A stretch of 64,000 bases of DNA from Minisyncoccota bacterium (GTDB lineage: Archaea > Nanobdellota > Nanobdellia > Pacearchaeales > GW2011-AR1), in NCBI GenBank assembly GCA_035453125.1, contig DAOTCN010000001.1, forward strand, positions 233,634 to 297,633. Reading direction: 5' to 3'. Below are positions 44,581 through 52,322 of the stretch, one piece after another (within the stretch, counting starts at the first letter, position 1; every line of letters starts with the position of its first letter). The position numbers were made by a program, and so were the translations under genes. The notes below the pieces were generated by a model that made no database searches, was not told where the DNA came from, and saw only the letters and a list, made by a program, of their open reading frames with translations.

Positions 44581-44620
44581 TTATAATATATTATAATCAA
44601 TTATAACTAATTATAGTATT
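44581..44620. repeat. four TTATAAY-type boxes with exact 10-bp periodicity upstream of the antitoxin
   Basis: TTATAATATA / TTATAATCAA / TTATAACTAA / TTATAGTATT, starting 2 nt upstream of the ATG at 44579. Confidence 0.5.
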
Positions 44621-44633
44621 TAAACTTTTGGTT

Positions 44634-44984
44634 TTACAAATATCTCAAAAACTTGTTATCCTTATCAACTAGAATTATTTTTGGTTTGATTGGCTTGTTT
44701 GTTAGTTCAAAACCCATTATAATTATCTCTTCTCCTTTTTTTATTAAATGAGCTGCAGCTCCATTCATACAGATTATGCCTGAATTCTTTTCACCTTTTA
44801 CTACATAGGTTTCAAGTCTTGCTCCGCTTGTATTACTTACAACTAAAACTTTTTCACCATTCAAAAGCCCACATTTTTCAATTAATTCTTCGTCAATTGT
44901 TATACTTCCCATATAATTTACATTAGCTTCAGTAACTGTTGCTTTATGTATTTTAGATCTTAATAAAAACCTCATGAAAGACAC
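44634..44984 (-). CDS. panD: aspartate 1-decarboxylase (pyruvoyl-dependent, bacterial type)
   Basis: 116 aa. LRSKIHKATVTEANVNYMGSITIDEEL includes the G-S self-cleavage site. ...ICMNGAAAH. Confidence 0.9.
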   Translation of the reverse strand: MSFMRFLLRSKIHKATVTEANVNYMGSITIDEELIEKCGLLNGEKVLVVSNTSGARLETYVVKGEKNSGIICMNGAAAHLIKKGEEIIIMGFELTNKPIKPKIILVDKDNKFLRYL

Positions 44985-45123
44985 AATTGATTAAATAATT
45001 TAAATATTGTGAAAGAAAATTTGAAATGTTATTTTACATGAATTTATTCCAGCAGTCATTAAATATTTTTTAGGATAAATTAGTCACAAGATATTTAAAT
45101 TAGAAAAGTTGATTTAATCATGA

Positions 45124-45378
45124 ATGAAAAGATCAAAATTGAACAATAAAATTATTTTAATAGTATCTTTAATTTTATCTTTTTTAATTACTCTAGGTTT
45201 GAAGATATTTACGTTAACCTCTAAGGGATATTGTTACGATAGAGACTGTCTTAGGGGTATATACCATCATTATCAAATGCCTATTATTATCATGATAATA
45301 ATTTTTATTATTGCATTTATAATAATCTCTTTACTTTTGTACTTCATTAAATTTATAGCTCGACTATTATCTAAGTAG
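45124..45378 (+). CDS. hypothetical small membrane protein
   Basis: 84 aa, two TM helices. Confidence 0.35.
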   Translation: MKRSKLNNKIILIVSLILSFLITLGLKIFTLTSKGYCYDRDCLRGIYHHYQMPIIIMIIIFIIAFIIISLLLYFIKFIARLLSK

Positions 45379-45438
45379 TCCAAATTCTGATATTTTTTTA
45401 TACAAAGTATATCAAAAAGGATATGCTTTCTAAATTTA

Positions 45439-46134
45439 TTATTTTATATCTCCTGATAAAGCTTCAAACAATTTTTTAGCAAATTCAATTTGTTTTTTAT
45501 CATAAGCTTGAATTCCAAATATTCCTTTAAAGCTATCATCAAATTGTGACTTTTCGATGAATGTGGTTTGGTTTTTTATTGATGCTTTCAAATTGCTTAA
45601 ATTTCCTCTTAATAAAAATTCTTTTAATTTATCTTTATTACAGGGCATTAGCGCAATAATATCTCTCACATCTGATAATCTTCCACTATGCATTTTCATG
45701 GACACTAATAATTCTCTAATAGGAGTTAAAAATTCTAAATTATACAATTTTCTTTTTTGAGAATTTTTGTATATACTCTCAAAGCTCCATGTTGCATCAG
45801 TAGTTCTTGAAACTAATCCATTTATCAACAAGTCTACATCTACTGGCAAATCATTCATCTTTTTTCTAAAACGCTTGAAGTTTTCACCATACAAAAGAGC
45901 AATCTCTTTTTCATATCCCATAGAAAAGCCTTGTTTTTCCAATACTTTTTCAAATTTTATTAAATCATCTTCTTTTATTACAATGTCTAAATCAACTGAA
46001 AATCTCTTCTTGTATGTTGATACAGCATATCCCCCAATAACTATAAATTTGAGATTATTTTCTTTAAAAATATCAATTAGTCTTAACACTTCTTTTTCTC
46101 TTTCAAGTAAACTTGTTTTTGAATCAACTTTCAT
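45439..46134 (-). CDS. minimal nucleotidyltransferase, AbiEii-like
   Basis: 231 aa. The GGYAVSTYKKRFSVDLDIVI plus VDVDLL pattern matches pol-beta-fold NTases (GG-x10-DxD). Overlaps the upstream wHTH gene by 11 nt. Confidence 0.55.
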   Translation of the reverse strand: MKVDSKTSLLEREKEVLRLIDIFKENNLKFIVIGGYAVSTYKKRFSVDLDIVIKEDDLIKFEKVLEKQGFSMGYEKEIALLYGENFKRFRKKMNDLPVDVDLLINGLVSRTTDATWSFESIYKNSQKRKLYNLEFLTPIRELLVSMKMHSGRLSDVRDIIALMPCNKDKLKEFLLRGNLSNLKASIKNQTTFIEKSQFDDSFKGIFGIQAYDKKQIEFAKKLFEALSGDIK

Positions 46135-46783
46135 AATTTGTATAAACCTCTGAATATCTTTTATTTAATCCTAAATTATATAATAAATCTAACTGCTCCA
46201 AAACATTATCTAAATATAATTCCTTGCAATAATCAACCAATTCTTTTAAGGGCATTACTGGTAACTCCTCCATATTATCAATTTTAAAATTTTCTTTTGC
46301 AATTATATAAACTAAAGGTCTTTTTGATATTAATATCTCTTCTGTCCAGGATATATTTCTTTTATCTAAATCATTTTTTAATAAATCTGAATCATTCTTT
46401 GAAACTTCTAAAAAATAAATTTTATCAGAAAAATCCCCTGTGATAAATCCTCCCTTTGTCCAGATAACTATTGCAGATCCTCTTACAAATCTTATATTTA
46501 ACTTCGTATTTTTAATAAACTCCCAGAAGTCTTTATCTTTGTCTATAACAGAAACAACATTATCTAACTCTCTAAATTTGTTATATATAATGTTTTTATT
46601 ACTAATCTTTATAATATTTTTGTTGCCTTTTCTTATTATCCTGATTACTTCGTATTTTTCCAACTCCAATATCCATCCATAAACAGCAGAATAAGCAAAT
46701 CCTATTTTATTAGCCAAGCTACGGATGCTTTCTCCATCTTTAGCATTTCTTATTATTTTTATGGTTATTTCATTTATTATCAT
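46124..46783 (-). CDS. wHTH protein, AbiEi-like partner
   Basis: 219 aa. N-terminal wHTH SIRSLANKIGFAYSAVYGWILELEKYEVIRI. Operonic with the NTase. Confidence 0.5.
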   Translation of the reverse strand: MIINEITIKIIRNAKDGESIRSLANKIGFAYSAVYGWILELEKYEVIRIIRKGNKNIIKISNKNIIYNKFRELDNVVSVIDKDKDFWEFIKNTKLNIRFVRGSAIVIWTKGGFITGDFSDKIYFLEVSKNDSDLLKNDLDKRNISWTEEILISKRPLVYIIAKENFKIDNMEELPVMPLKELVDYCKELYLDNVLEQLDLLYNLGLNKRYSEVYTNYES

Positions 46784-46800
46784 TATCTTTTAAAAGATAA
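46783..46800. promoter_or_regulatory. perfect 18-bp palindrome TTATCTTTTAAAAGATAA (candidate operator)
   Basis: Fills the interval between the wHTH gene ATG (46783) and its TATA (46805-46812, 22-nt spacing). Confidence 0.55.
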
Positions 46801-46939
46801 TAAGTATTTAAAGGTTTCTACAAATTTTCAGGAGTTTGATCCTGCATAGACCATATAAACTAAATTTTTAGTTTAGGATTAAAGTATGCACATTACATAG
46901 AGTTTAAATAACCTATTTATATTGAAAAGATAATTTAAA

Positions 46940-47170
46940 ATGGATAAATCAAAAGAATTAATTATGAAGGGTGATTGGTATTTTAAGGGATACCTAACAA
47001 GAATCTTAGGTTATATAATAATTCTTGGAGGAATATTAATTGGGATCTATATGTATATTTTTAAAGATTTCAAGGGAATTGAACTTTTTTGGATAATAAT
47101 CTTATCACTAATTTTTGGTGGGCTATTTTTGCTTATCAGTTGGATTTACCTTCCATTTAAGAAAAAATAA
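46940..47170 (+). CDS. hypothetical small membrane protein
   Basis: 76 aa, two TM helices. Confidence 0.35.
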   Translation: MDKSKELIMKGDWYFKGYLTRILGYIIILGGILIGIYMYIFKDFKGIELFWIIILSLIFGGLFLLISWIYLPFKKK

Positions 47171-47246
47171 GATTAAGCAACAATTAAAAAAAATACAAAA
47201 AGAGTAGTTCATTAAGAATGTAACTAAAAGAATATCTTTATTTACA

Positions 47247-47281
47247 CCAAGGACTCAGCAGTTCGATTCTGGTATCACCTA
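47247..47281 (+). other. tRNA 3'-half-like fragment
   Basis: CAG-TTCGATT-CTG T-arm-like element followed by GTATCACC. No matching 5' acceptor strand or anticodon arm nearby. Confidence 0.25.
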
Positions 47282-47321
47282 TTTTATCAAAATGAAAAAA
47301 CAACTTAAAAAAGAGAATTTT

Positions 47322-49043
47322 TTAGTTAAACTCACCCTTGGCTTGCTTTATCTCTACAATTTTTTGAAGAGCTGAAAGCTCATCACTCGACAACAAATCT
47401 TTGTTTTCTTTGAATTTTTTCAGCTGTTTTTCAGTTATGTTTGAATAAAGATATTTTACGTCTTTCAAATGTCTGTCAAATGTAATTCCTGGAACAGAAA
47501 TTGCAACTTCCATACCTTGATTTGCTTCTTCAACTGATTTTTTATCTGCTTGAACATTTTTAACTCTTCCAATAATTTCTCCTTTTTCATCTATCAATTC
47601 TTGACCGACTATTAATGATCCTGCTGCAACCCTAACTCCAAATATTGCCGGATTTGAATTTCTGAAAACATATTGTGACAGAATTTCAACTTTAACAATT
47701 TTTGAAAGTTCCATTAATCTATTTCTTTCAATTTCCCTTACTTTTTCCTCTCTGAATTTCTGCAAATTTTCAATTAATTTATAGACTACTTCCTCTTTCA
47801 TTATTTTAATTCCATAAGTATCTTTTACTTCTTCATCAACTTCAACATTAAAACCGAGAACAATTGCATTTATTGGATCAATCTCAAGGTTTGCACGAGC
47901 TGCTAATATATCTGATTTATTTATTTGACCAATTCCTGCTTTAACAATTTGAACATTTGATTGTTTTAATAAAGTAATCATTGCTTCTAAGCTTCCAAGA
48001 GAATCTGCTTTTATGATAACTCCTGATTTATCTAAAACAATGTTTTCAGAGACTTCTTTTTTAAATTCTTTAATGATTTCTTCAATGTTGTTATTGAATG
48101 AAATAAAGGGCATACCTGGAAGAATATCTTCTTTTTCAGATATCTGCATTCTTATTCCAGATGCTGCTGATACAAACTCTTTTGGTGCAAATTTTGTTGA
48201 GAGTGGGAGAATTTCCTGAATCATTTTTACTTTTGCAATAATTGGTTTATCAAAACTTGCTATTGCAATTTCATCATTAACCTTTAATGTTCCATCATAA
48301 AGAATAGCTTCAATAAAGTTCATTGCTTTTTCTTTTTTTATTTCAAGTATAACTCCTTTTGCTTTTTCACCAAGAGTTAATTGTTCTTTCAAGAATTTTT
48401 GTGACAAACCACAAAGCATCATAAGTAACTCTGGAATTCCTTCTTTTGTTCTTGCTGAACAAGGAATTAAAGCAATCTTTTTTGTAAAATCTGTTATTTT
48501 GAAGTATAATTCTGCATCAAAGCCATAACTATTTAATGCAGACATTAAAGTGTAAAGTTTTTCATCAAATTCTTGTTTAACATGTAATGGTTGGCGTTCA
48601 ATATTTTCATTTAAATTTTCTGAAATTTTATTCCAACCTCTTAACCTATCAATTTTATTAAGAGCTATAATAAATGGAGTTTTATTTGATTTTAAAATTT
48701 GAATAACTTCTGCTGTCTGAGGTTTTATTCCTTCATTTATATCTATAACTAAAATTGCTAAATCAGCCAAACTTCCTCCTCTTTTTCTTAAATTGTTAAA
48801 GGCTGCGTGACCAGGAGTATCAATAAATAAAAATCCTGGAATTTCCAATGCAATTTTATTTTTTTCAATTAAGGGGCATGATTTCATTAAATGTTCACAG
48901 GTGAAAAGTGTGAATGATATTTTTTGTGTGATGTTTCCAGCTTCTCCTTCAGCAACACAGCTACACCTAATTGCATCTAAAATTGATGTTTTTCCGTGGT
49001 CAACATGACCTGCTACTGTCACGATTGGCTGTCTTATTGTCAT
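47322..49043 (-). CDS. infB: translation initiation factor aIF5B (IF-2 homologue)
   Basis: RQPIVTVAGHVDHGKTSILD, DTPGHAAF, NKID. Start moved to the ATG at 49043, where a TATA box ends 22 nt upstream. The longer ORF would overlap the SET gene. Confidence 0.93.
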   Translation of the reverse strand: MTIRQPIVTVAGHVDHGKTSILDAIRCSCVAEGEAGNITQKISFTLFTCEHLMKSCPLIEKNKIALEIPGFLFIDTPGHAAFNNLRKRGGSLADLAILVIDINEGIKPQTAEVIQILKSNKTPFIIALNKIDRLRGWNKISENLNENIERQPLHVKQEFDEKLYTLMSALNSYGFDAELYFKITDFTKKIALIPCSARTKEGIPELLMMLCGLSQKFLKEQLTLGEKAKGVILEIKKEKAMNFIEAILYDGTLKVNDEIAIASFDKPIIAKVKMIQEILPLSTKFAPKEFVSAASGIRMQISEKEDILPGMPFISFNNNIEEIIKEFKKEVSENIVLDKSGVIIKADSLGSLEAMITLLKQSNVQIVKAGIGQINKSDILAARANLEIDPINAIVLGFNVEVDEEVKDTYGIKIMKEEVVYKLIENLQKFREEKVREIERNRLMELSKIVKVEILSQYVFRNSNPAIFGVRVAAGSLIVGQELIDEKGEIIGRVKNVQADKKSVEEANQGMEVAISVPGITFDRHLKDVKYLYSNITEKQLKKFKENKDLLSSDELSALQKIVEIKQAKGEFN

Positions 49044-49064
49044 GTTTAAACAACCAAATATCAA

Positions 49065-49072
49065 GTTAAAAA
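49065..49072 (-). promoter_or_regulatory. TATA box (GG-TTTTTAAC on minus strand) of aIF5B
   Basis: Ends 22 nt upstream of the ATG at 49043. Confidence 0.55.
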
Positions 49073-49092
49073 CCTTGTGATATCTGGGAGAA

Positions 49093-49635
49093 CTATTCAA
49101 AACTTTTTTGAATGTGATTTGGAACAAGCTTGTTCTTTAGATAATAATCTTTTAGTTTTTTTGGAAGTGTTTTAAACTGGTTAATTATTCCTCTGCAATT
49201 TTTTGAACCGCAATTGCATTTGCAAGTCCATACATAATCTTCATCACCACCTTCATTTATTATCTCAGCATTATCATTCATTGTTGTTGAATAATCATAA
49301 GTGATTTCTTCTCCTTTTTTTATGTCTTTCATTGCTTTTAGTGTATTTTTTCCGGAAATAAATGCATTTGGATCACAAGAATGATTAAATGATCTTGGAA
49401 CTTCGGTTAAATCAATATATTTATTGTTGTCAATTTGTAATGGATCTGAACCTTCTTCTGATTCTTCTTCATCAACTCGCCTTATCATTTCGTTAATTGT
49501 CATTTCTTCTCCATCCATTATACAAAGATATTCACCTTTCTTAATGTCTTTAACTGCAAAAACACCTTTTCCAGAAATACCTGACTTTTCAACTTTAAAC
49601 TTACTTACCTCTTTTTTACTCTTTTCTTTTTTCAT
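49093..49635 (-). CDS. SET-domain protein lysine methyltransferase
   Basis: 180 aa. GKGVFA, FNHSCDPNA, GEEITYDY, post-SET CKCNCGSKNCRG. Confidence 0.85.
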   Translation of the reverse strand: MKKEKSKKEVSKFKVEKSGISGKGVFAVKDIKKGEYLCIMDGEEMTINEMIRRVDEEESEEGSDPLQIDNNKYIDLTEVPRSFNHSCDPNAFISGKNTLKAMKDIKKGEEITYDYSTTMNDNAEIINEGGDEDYVWTCKCNCGSKNCRGIINQFKTLPKKLKDYYLKNKLVPNHIQKSFE

Positions 49636-49729
49636 GTTAGTATTATAATAAATAAAACAAAGCTGTTTTTAAATCTTAACTAAGCTATATTTAGAATAAT
49701 TTATAAATCAGCACAAACCATAAAGAAGC

Positions 49730-50221
49730 ATGGATCAACAAAGAAAATTAGAGATTTTAGTTCAATGTGATTTTAGCGAATGGAGAGAGTGGAAAAGAAT
49801 TGAGCAAAGAGGAGGGGATGTATCTAAAGCTCATGGATTTGGAAATGTTTTTTTTGGGGTTTGTGGTGCATTATCTAACCTTGCAGATAATCTTGCAGAG
49901 ATAAATAATACTTATTCATCTAAGGATAATTTAGAACTTGTAATGTTTGGTTATAGACTTTTGTCAGATAAATATTCAACAATTCCATTTAGTGAAATGG
50001 AACCTTCTGATGAAGACTTTAAATTTCTTTTTGATTATAAAGAAAAATTAGATATGTTTGGTGAGAAAATTCAAGCATTTACACAAAGACTTAAGGCAGA
50101 AAATATGAATGGTTCAAGAGAGTGGCCTGAATACATTCAAATGGAAGAAATACTAAAAGACTTAGCACAAAGAGATTATAGAAAAACAATTCTTCAAAAA
50201 CATGGCATTGCTTTAGATTAA
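49730..50221 (+). CDS. hypothetical protein
   Basis: 163 aa. TATA at 49700-49707 ends 23 nt upstream of the ATG. Confidence 0.45.
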   Translation: MDQQRKLEILVQCDFSEWREWKRIEQRGGDVSKAHGFGNVFFGVCGALSNLADNLAEINNTYSSKDNLELVMFGYRLLSDKYSTIPFSEMEPSDEDFKFLFDYKEKLDMFGEKIQAFTQRLKAENMNGSREWPEYIQMEEILKDLAQRDYRKTILQKHGIALD

Positions 50222-50276
50222 AAATCAAGAGATATAAGCCGAAAGGTTTAAAAATAAGAATTTCTTACTTTCTTAC

Positions 50277-50483
50277 ATGGAAATAACAAAAATAAGCTCA
50301 AAAGGACAGTTAGTTATACCTTCAAAGATTAGAAATGAACTAGAAATAGAAGATGGTAATTTGTTAGTTGTTGACAGAGTTAAAGATATGATAGTAATAA
50401 AAAAAGTTGATATTAATTTAGTTCAACAATTTAAAAATAGCTTAGAAGATTTAAAGAGAGGTAGAATTAAAAGAGTTGCATAA
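50277..50483 (+). CDS. AbrB/MazE/SpoVT-family antitoxin-like protein
   Basis: 68 aa. KISSKGQLVIPSKIRNELEIEDGNLLVV. GAAAGG-TTTAAAAA at 50241-50254 ends 23 nt upstream. Confidence 0.75.
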   Translation: MEITKISSKGQLVIPSKIRNELEIEDGNLLVVDRVKDMIVIKKVDINLVQQFKNSLEDLKRGRIKRVA

Positions 50484-50484
50484 A

Positions 50485-50802
50485 TTAACTTTCATGCATT
50501 ATTTTAGTTATATATTCCTTAAATTCGGGTAATAGTTCTATTATTTTATCAATTGTTTCTTGCTGTGTTTTTTTATTGCCAATTGCAACAATTAATACAC
50601 AATTTAATTCATCATAAATAAGATAATAAATTCTTTTTTCCCTTAATCTTTTTTCACGAAAAAAATGATATCTTAAAATATCTCCAACAAATGGATTTTC
50701 TTTAAGTTGGACAAATAATTTTTCAATTATTTTCCTATCAGAATCGGAAAGCTTCATCATCTCTTTTTCAAAGCTTTCAGTCATATAAACTGCATAAGCC
50801 AT
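50485..50802 (-). CDS. putative RelE/ParE-like toxin (paralogue of 5342-5683)
   Basis: 105 aa. RIYYLIYDELNCVLIVAIGNKKTQQETIDKI. Shares the KKxQQETI tail with the 5342 ORF. Own TATA box. Confidence 0.5.
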   Translation of the reverse strand: MAYAVYMTESFEKEMMKLSDSDRKIIEKLFVQLKENPFVGDILRYHFFREKRLREKRIYYLIYDELNCVLIVAIGNKKTQQETIDKIIELLPEFKEYITKIMHES

Positions 50803-50822
50803 AATAATTGATGATTTAAAAA

Positions 50823-50840
50823 TTTATAAACTTTTATAAA
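50823..50840. promoter_or_regulatory. two palindromic TTTATAAA boxes 10 bp apart serving divergent genes
   Basis: 50823-50830 lies 21 nt from the minus-strand ATG at 50802. 50833-50840 lies 22 nt from the plus-strand ATG at 50862. Confidence 0.55.
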
Positions 50841-50861
50841 TAACCTTAGCTTATGTTATTC

Positions 50862-51983
50862 ATGGCTAAAAAAGAAGAGATGAGTGTAACACCCTGGGAT
50901 GTTTCAGGAGAGGTTGACTATGATAAACTTATTAAAGAATTTGGAACAAAGCCAATTCCTGAAAAAGTAAAGAAAAGATTTTCGAGTATGCATCCGTTAC
51001 TTAGAAGAGGAGTTTATTTTTCACATCGTGATTTTGATAAGTGGTTAGATATGTATGATAAAAAAAAGAAAGTTTCAGTAATAACTGGAAGAGGACCAAG
51101 TGAAAAAATGCATTTAGGTCATTTAGTTCCGTTTTTAGTTGCAAAATCACTTCAAGATGAATTTGATTGTTATGTATTTATACCTATTTCTGATGATGAA
51201 AAGTTTTTTGTAAAACAAAACTTGAGTTTTGATCAAGCATTAAAATACTCTGAAGATAATATTATTGATTTAATTGCACTCGGATTTAAACCTGGAAAGA
51301 CATTTATCTTTGAGGATTTTGTTTATACGGACATTTACAAATATGCTGCACAAATTGCAAAAAGAATTACATATTCTACTGCTAAAGCTTCATTCGGACT
51401 AGTTCCTGAGAATAATATTGGATGGAGTTTTTATCCTGCAATGCAAGCTGCACATATTTTATTTCCACAATTTTATAGTGGAAAACATTTATCTGTAGTT
51501 CCTGTTGGAATTGATCAGGATCCTTTTATTAGACTGACAAGAGATGTTGCTTCTTACCCTGAATTTAATTTTGAAAAACCTGCTGCAATTCATGCAAAAT
51601 TTATACCTTCACTTCAAGGTGATGATAAGATGTCATCATCTGGCGAGGGAATAATATTTCTTTCAGATTCTCCAAAAGAAGTTGAGAAAAAAATAAAGAA
51701 ATATGCTTTTTCAGGTGGAAGAGCAACTGTTGAAGAACATAGAAGACTTGGTGGAAATCCGGATATTGATGTTTGTTTTCAGTATTTAAAGATATTTTTT
51801 GAACAAGATGATAAAAAGCTTGAACAAATTGAGCAAGATTACAGAAGCGGTAAGATGTTAAGCGGAGAGCTAAAAGAATATACTATATCAAAAATAAACA
51901 AATTTCTTGCAGAACATCAGCAAAATAGAGAGTTAGCTAAAAAGCAACTTGATAAGTTTATATTGAAAAATAAGTGCAACTAA
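50862..51983 (+). CDS. trpS: tryptophanyl-tRNA synthetase (archaeal/eukaryal type)
   Basis: VTPWDV..DYDKLIKEFG, HIGH-type HLGHLVPF, KMSSS. Start set to MAKKEE (50862) by promoter spacing. Confidence 0.9.
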   Translation: MAKKEEMSVTPWDVSGEVDYDKLIKEFGTKPIPEKVKKRFSSMHPLLRRGVYFSHRDFDKWLDMYDKKKKVSVITGRGPSEKMHLGHLVPFLVAKSLQDEFDCYVFIPISDDEKFFVKQNLSFDQALKYSEDNIIDLIALGFKPGKTFIFEDFVYTDIYKYAAQIAKRITYSTAKASFGLVPENNIGWSFYPAMQAAHILFPQFYSGKHLSVVPVGIDQDPFIRLTRDVASYPEFNFEKPAAIHAKFIPSLQGDDKMSSSGEGIIFLSDSPKEVEKKIKKYAFSGGRATVEEHRRLGGNPDIDVCFQYLKIFFEQDDKKLEQIEQDYRSGKMLSGELKEYTISKINKFLAEHQQNRELAKKQLDKFILKNKCN

Positions 51984-52264
51984 AAATAGCAATGGTAGTT
52001 ATCAATAGCTCTTCCAATATTCTTAATTATACTTTGGTAAATAATTTCATCAACCTTTTTTAATCTAATAAAATTAACATTATCTCCATATAATCTTCCA
52101 GTAATCTGTCGATCGTTTGATAAACGATGTCTTATTTCGTCTTTTGTATGTGTTCTTATTGAATCTCCGCATGGAAGAATATTATTTAATTGAGCTTCAA
52201 TTGAGATTATAGTAGTTCTTACATTCTTATCATTTAATTCTTCTATTTGTTCTAAGTTAAGCAT
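51980..52264 (-). CDS. hypothetical protein
   Basis: 94-aa ORF. No motif recognised. Confidence 0.35.
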   Translation of the reverse strand: MLNLEQIEELNDKNVRTTIISIEAQLNNILPCGDSIRTHTKDEIRHRLSNDRQITGRLYGDNVNFIRLKKVDEIIYQSIIKNIGRAIDNYHCYF

Positions 52265-52322
52265 AAAACTTCGTTAATAGTTTAATTAATAAATATTTTG
52301 GTTTATACAAAAGTAAGTGCAA

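Noticed and set aside
44581-44620. Short periodic repeats (also 5884-5907 and 61657-61698) as CRISPR arrays
   Set aside because: The units are 6-14 nt with little or no spacer, far below CRISPR repeat/spacer dimensions. No cas genes are present apart from a stand-alone Cas4-like nuclease 13 kb away.
47247-47281. Split-tRNA 3' half, as in Nanoarchaeum
   Set aside because: There is no GC-rich complementary leader, no promoter at the usual spacing, and a G-G mismatch in the T stem. No plausible anticodon-stem 3' strand is present. It is treated only as a possible tRNA-derived remnant.
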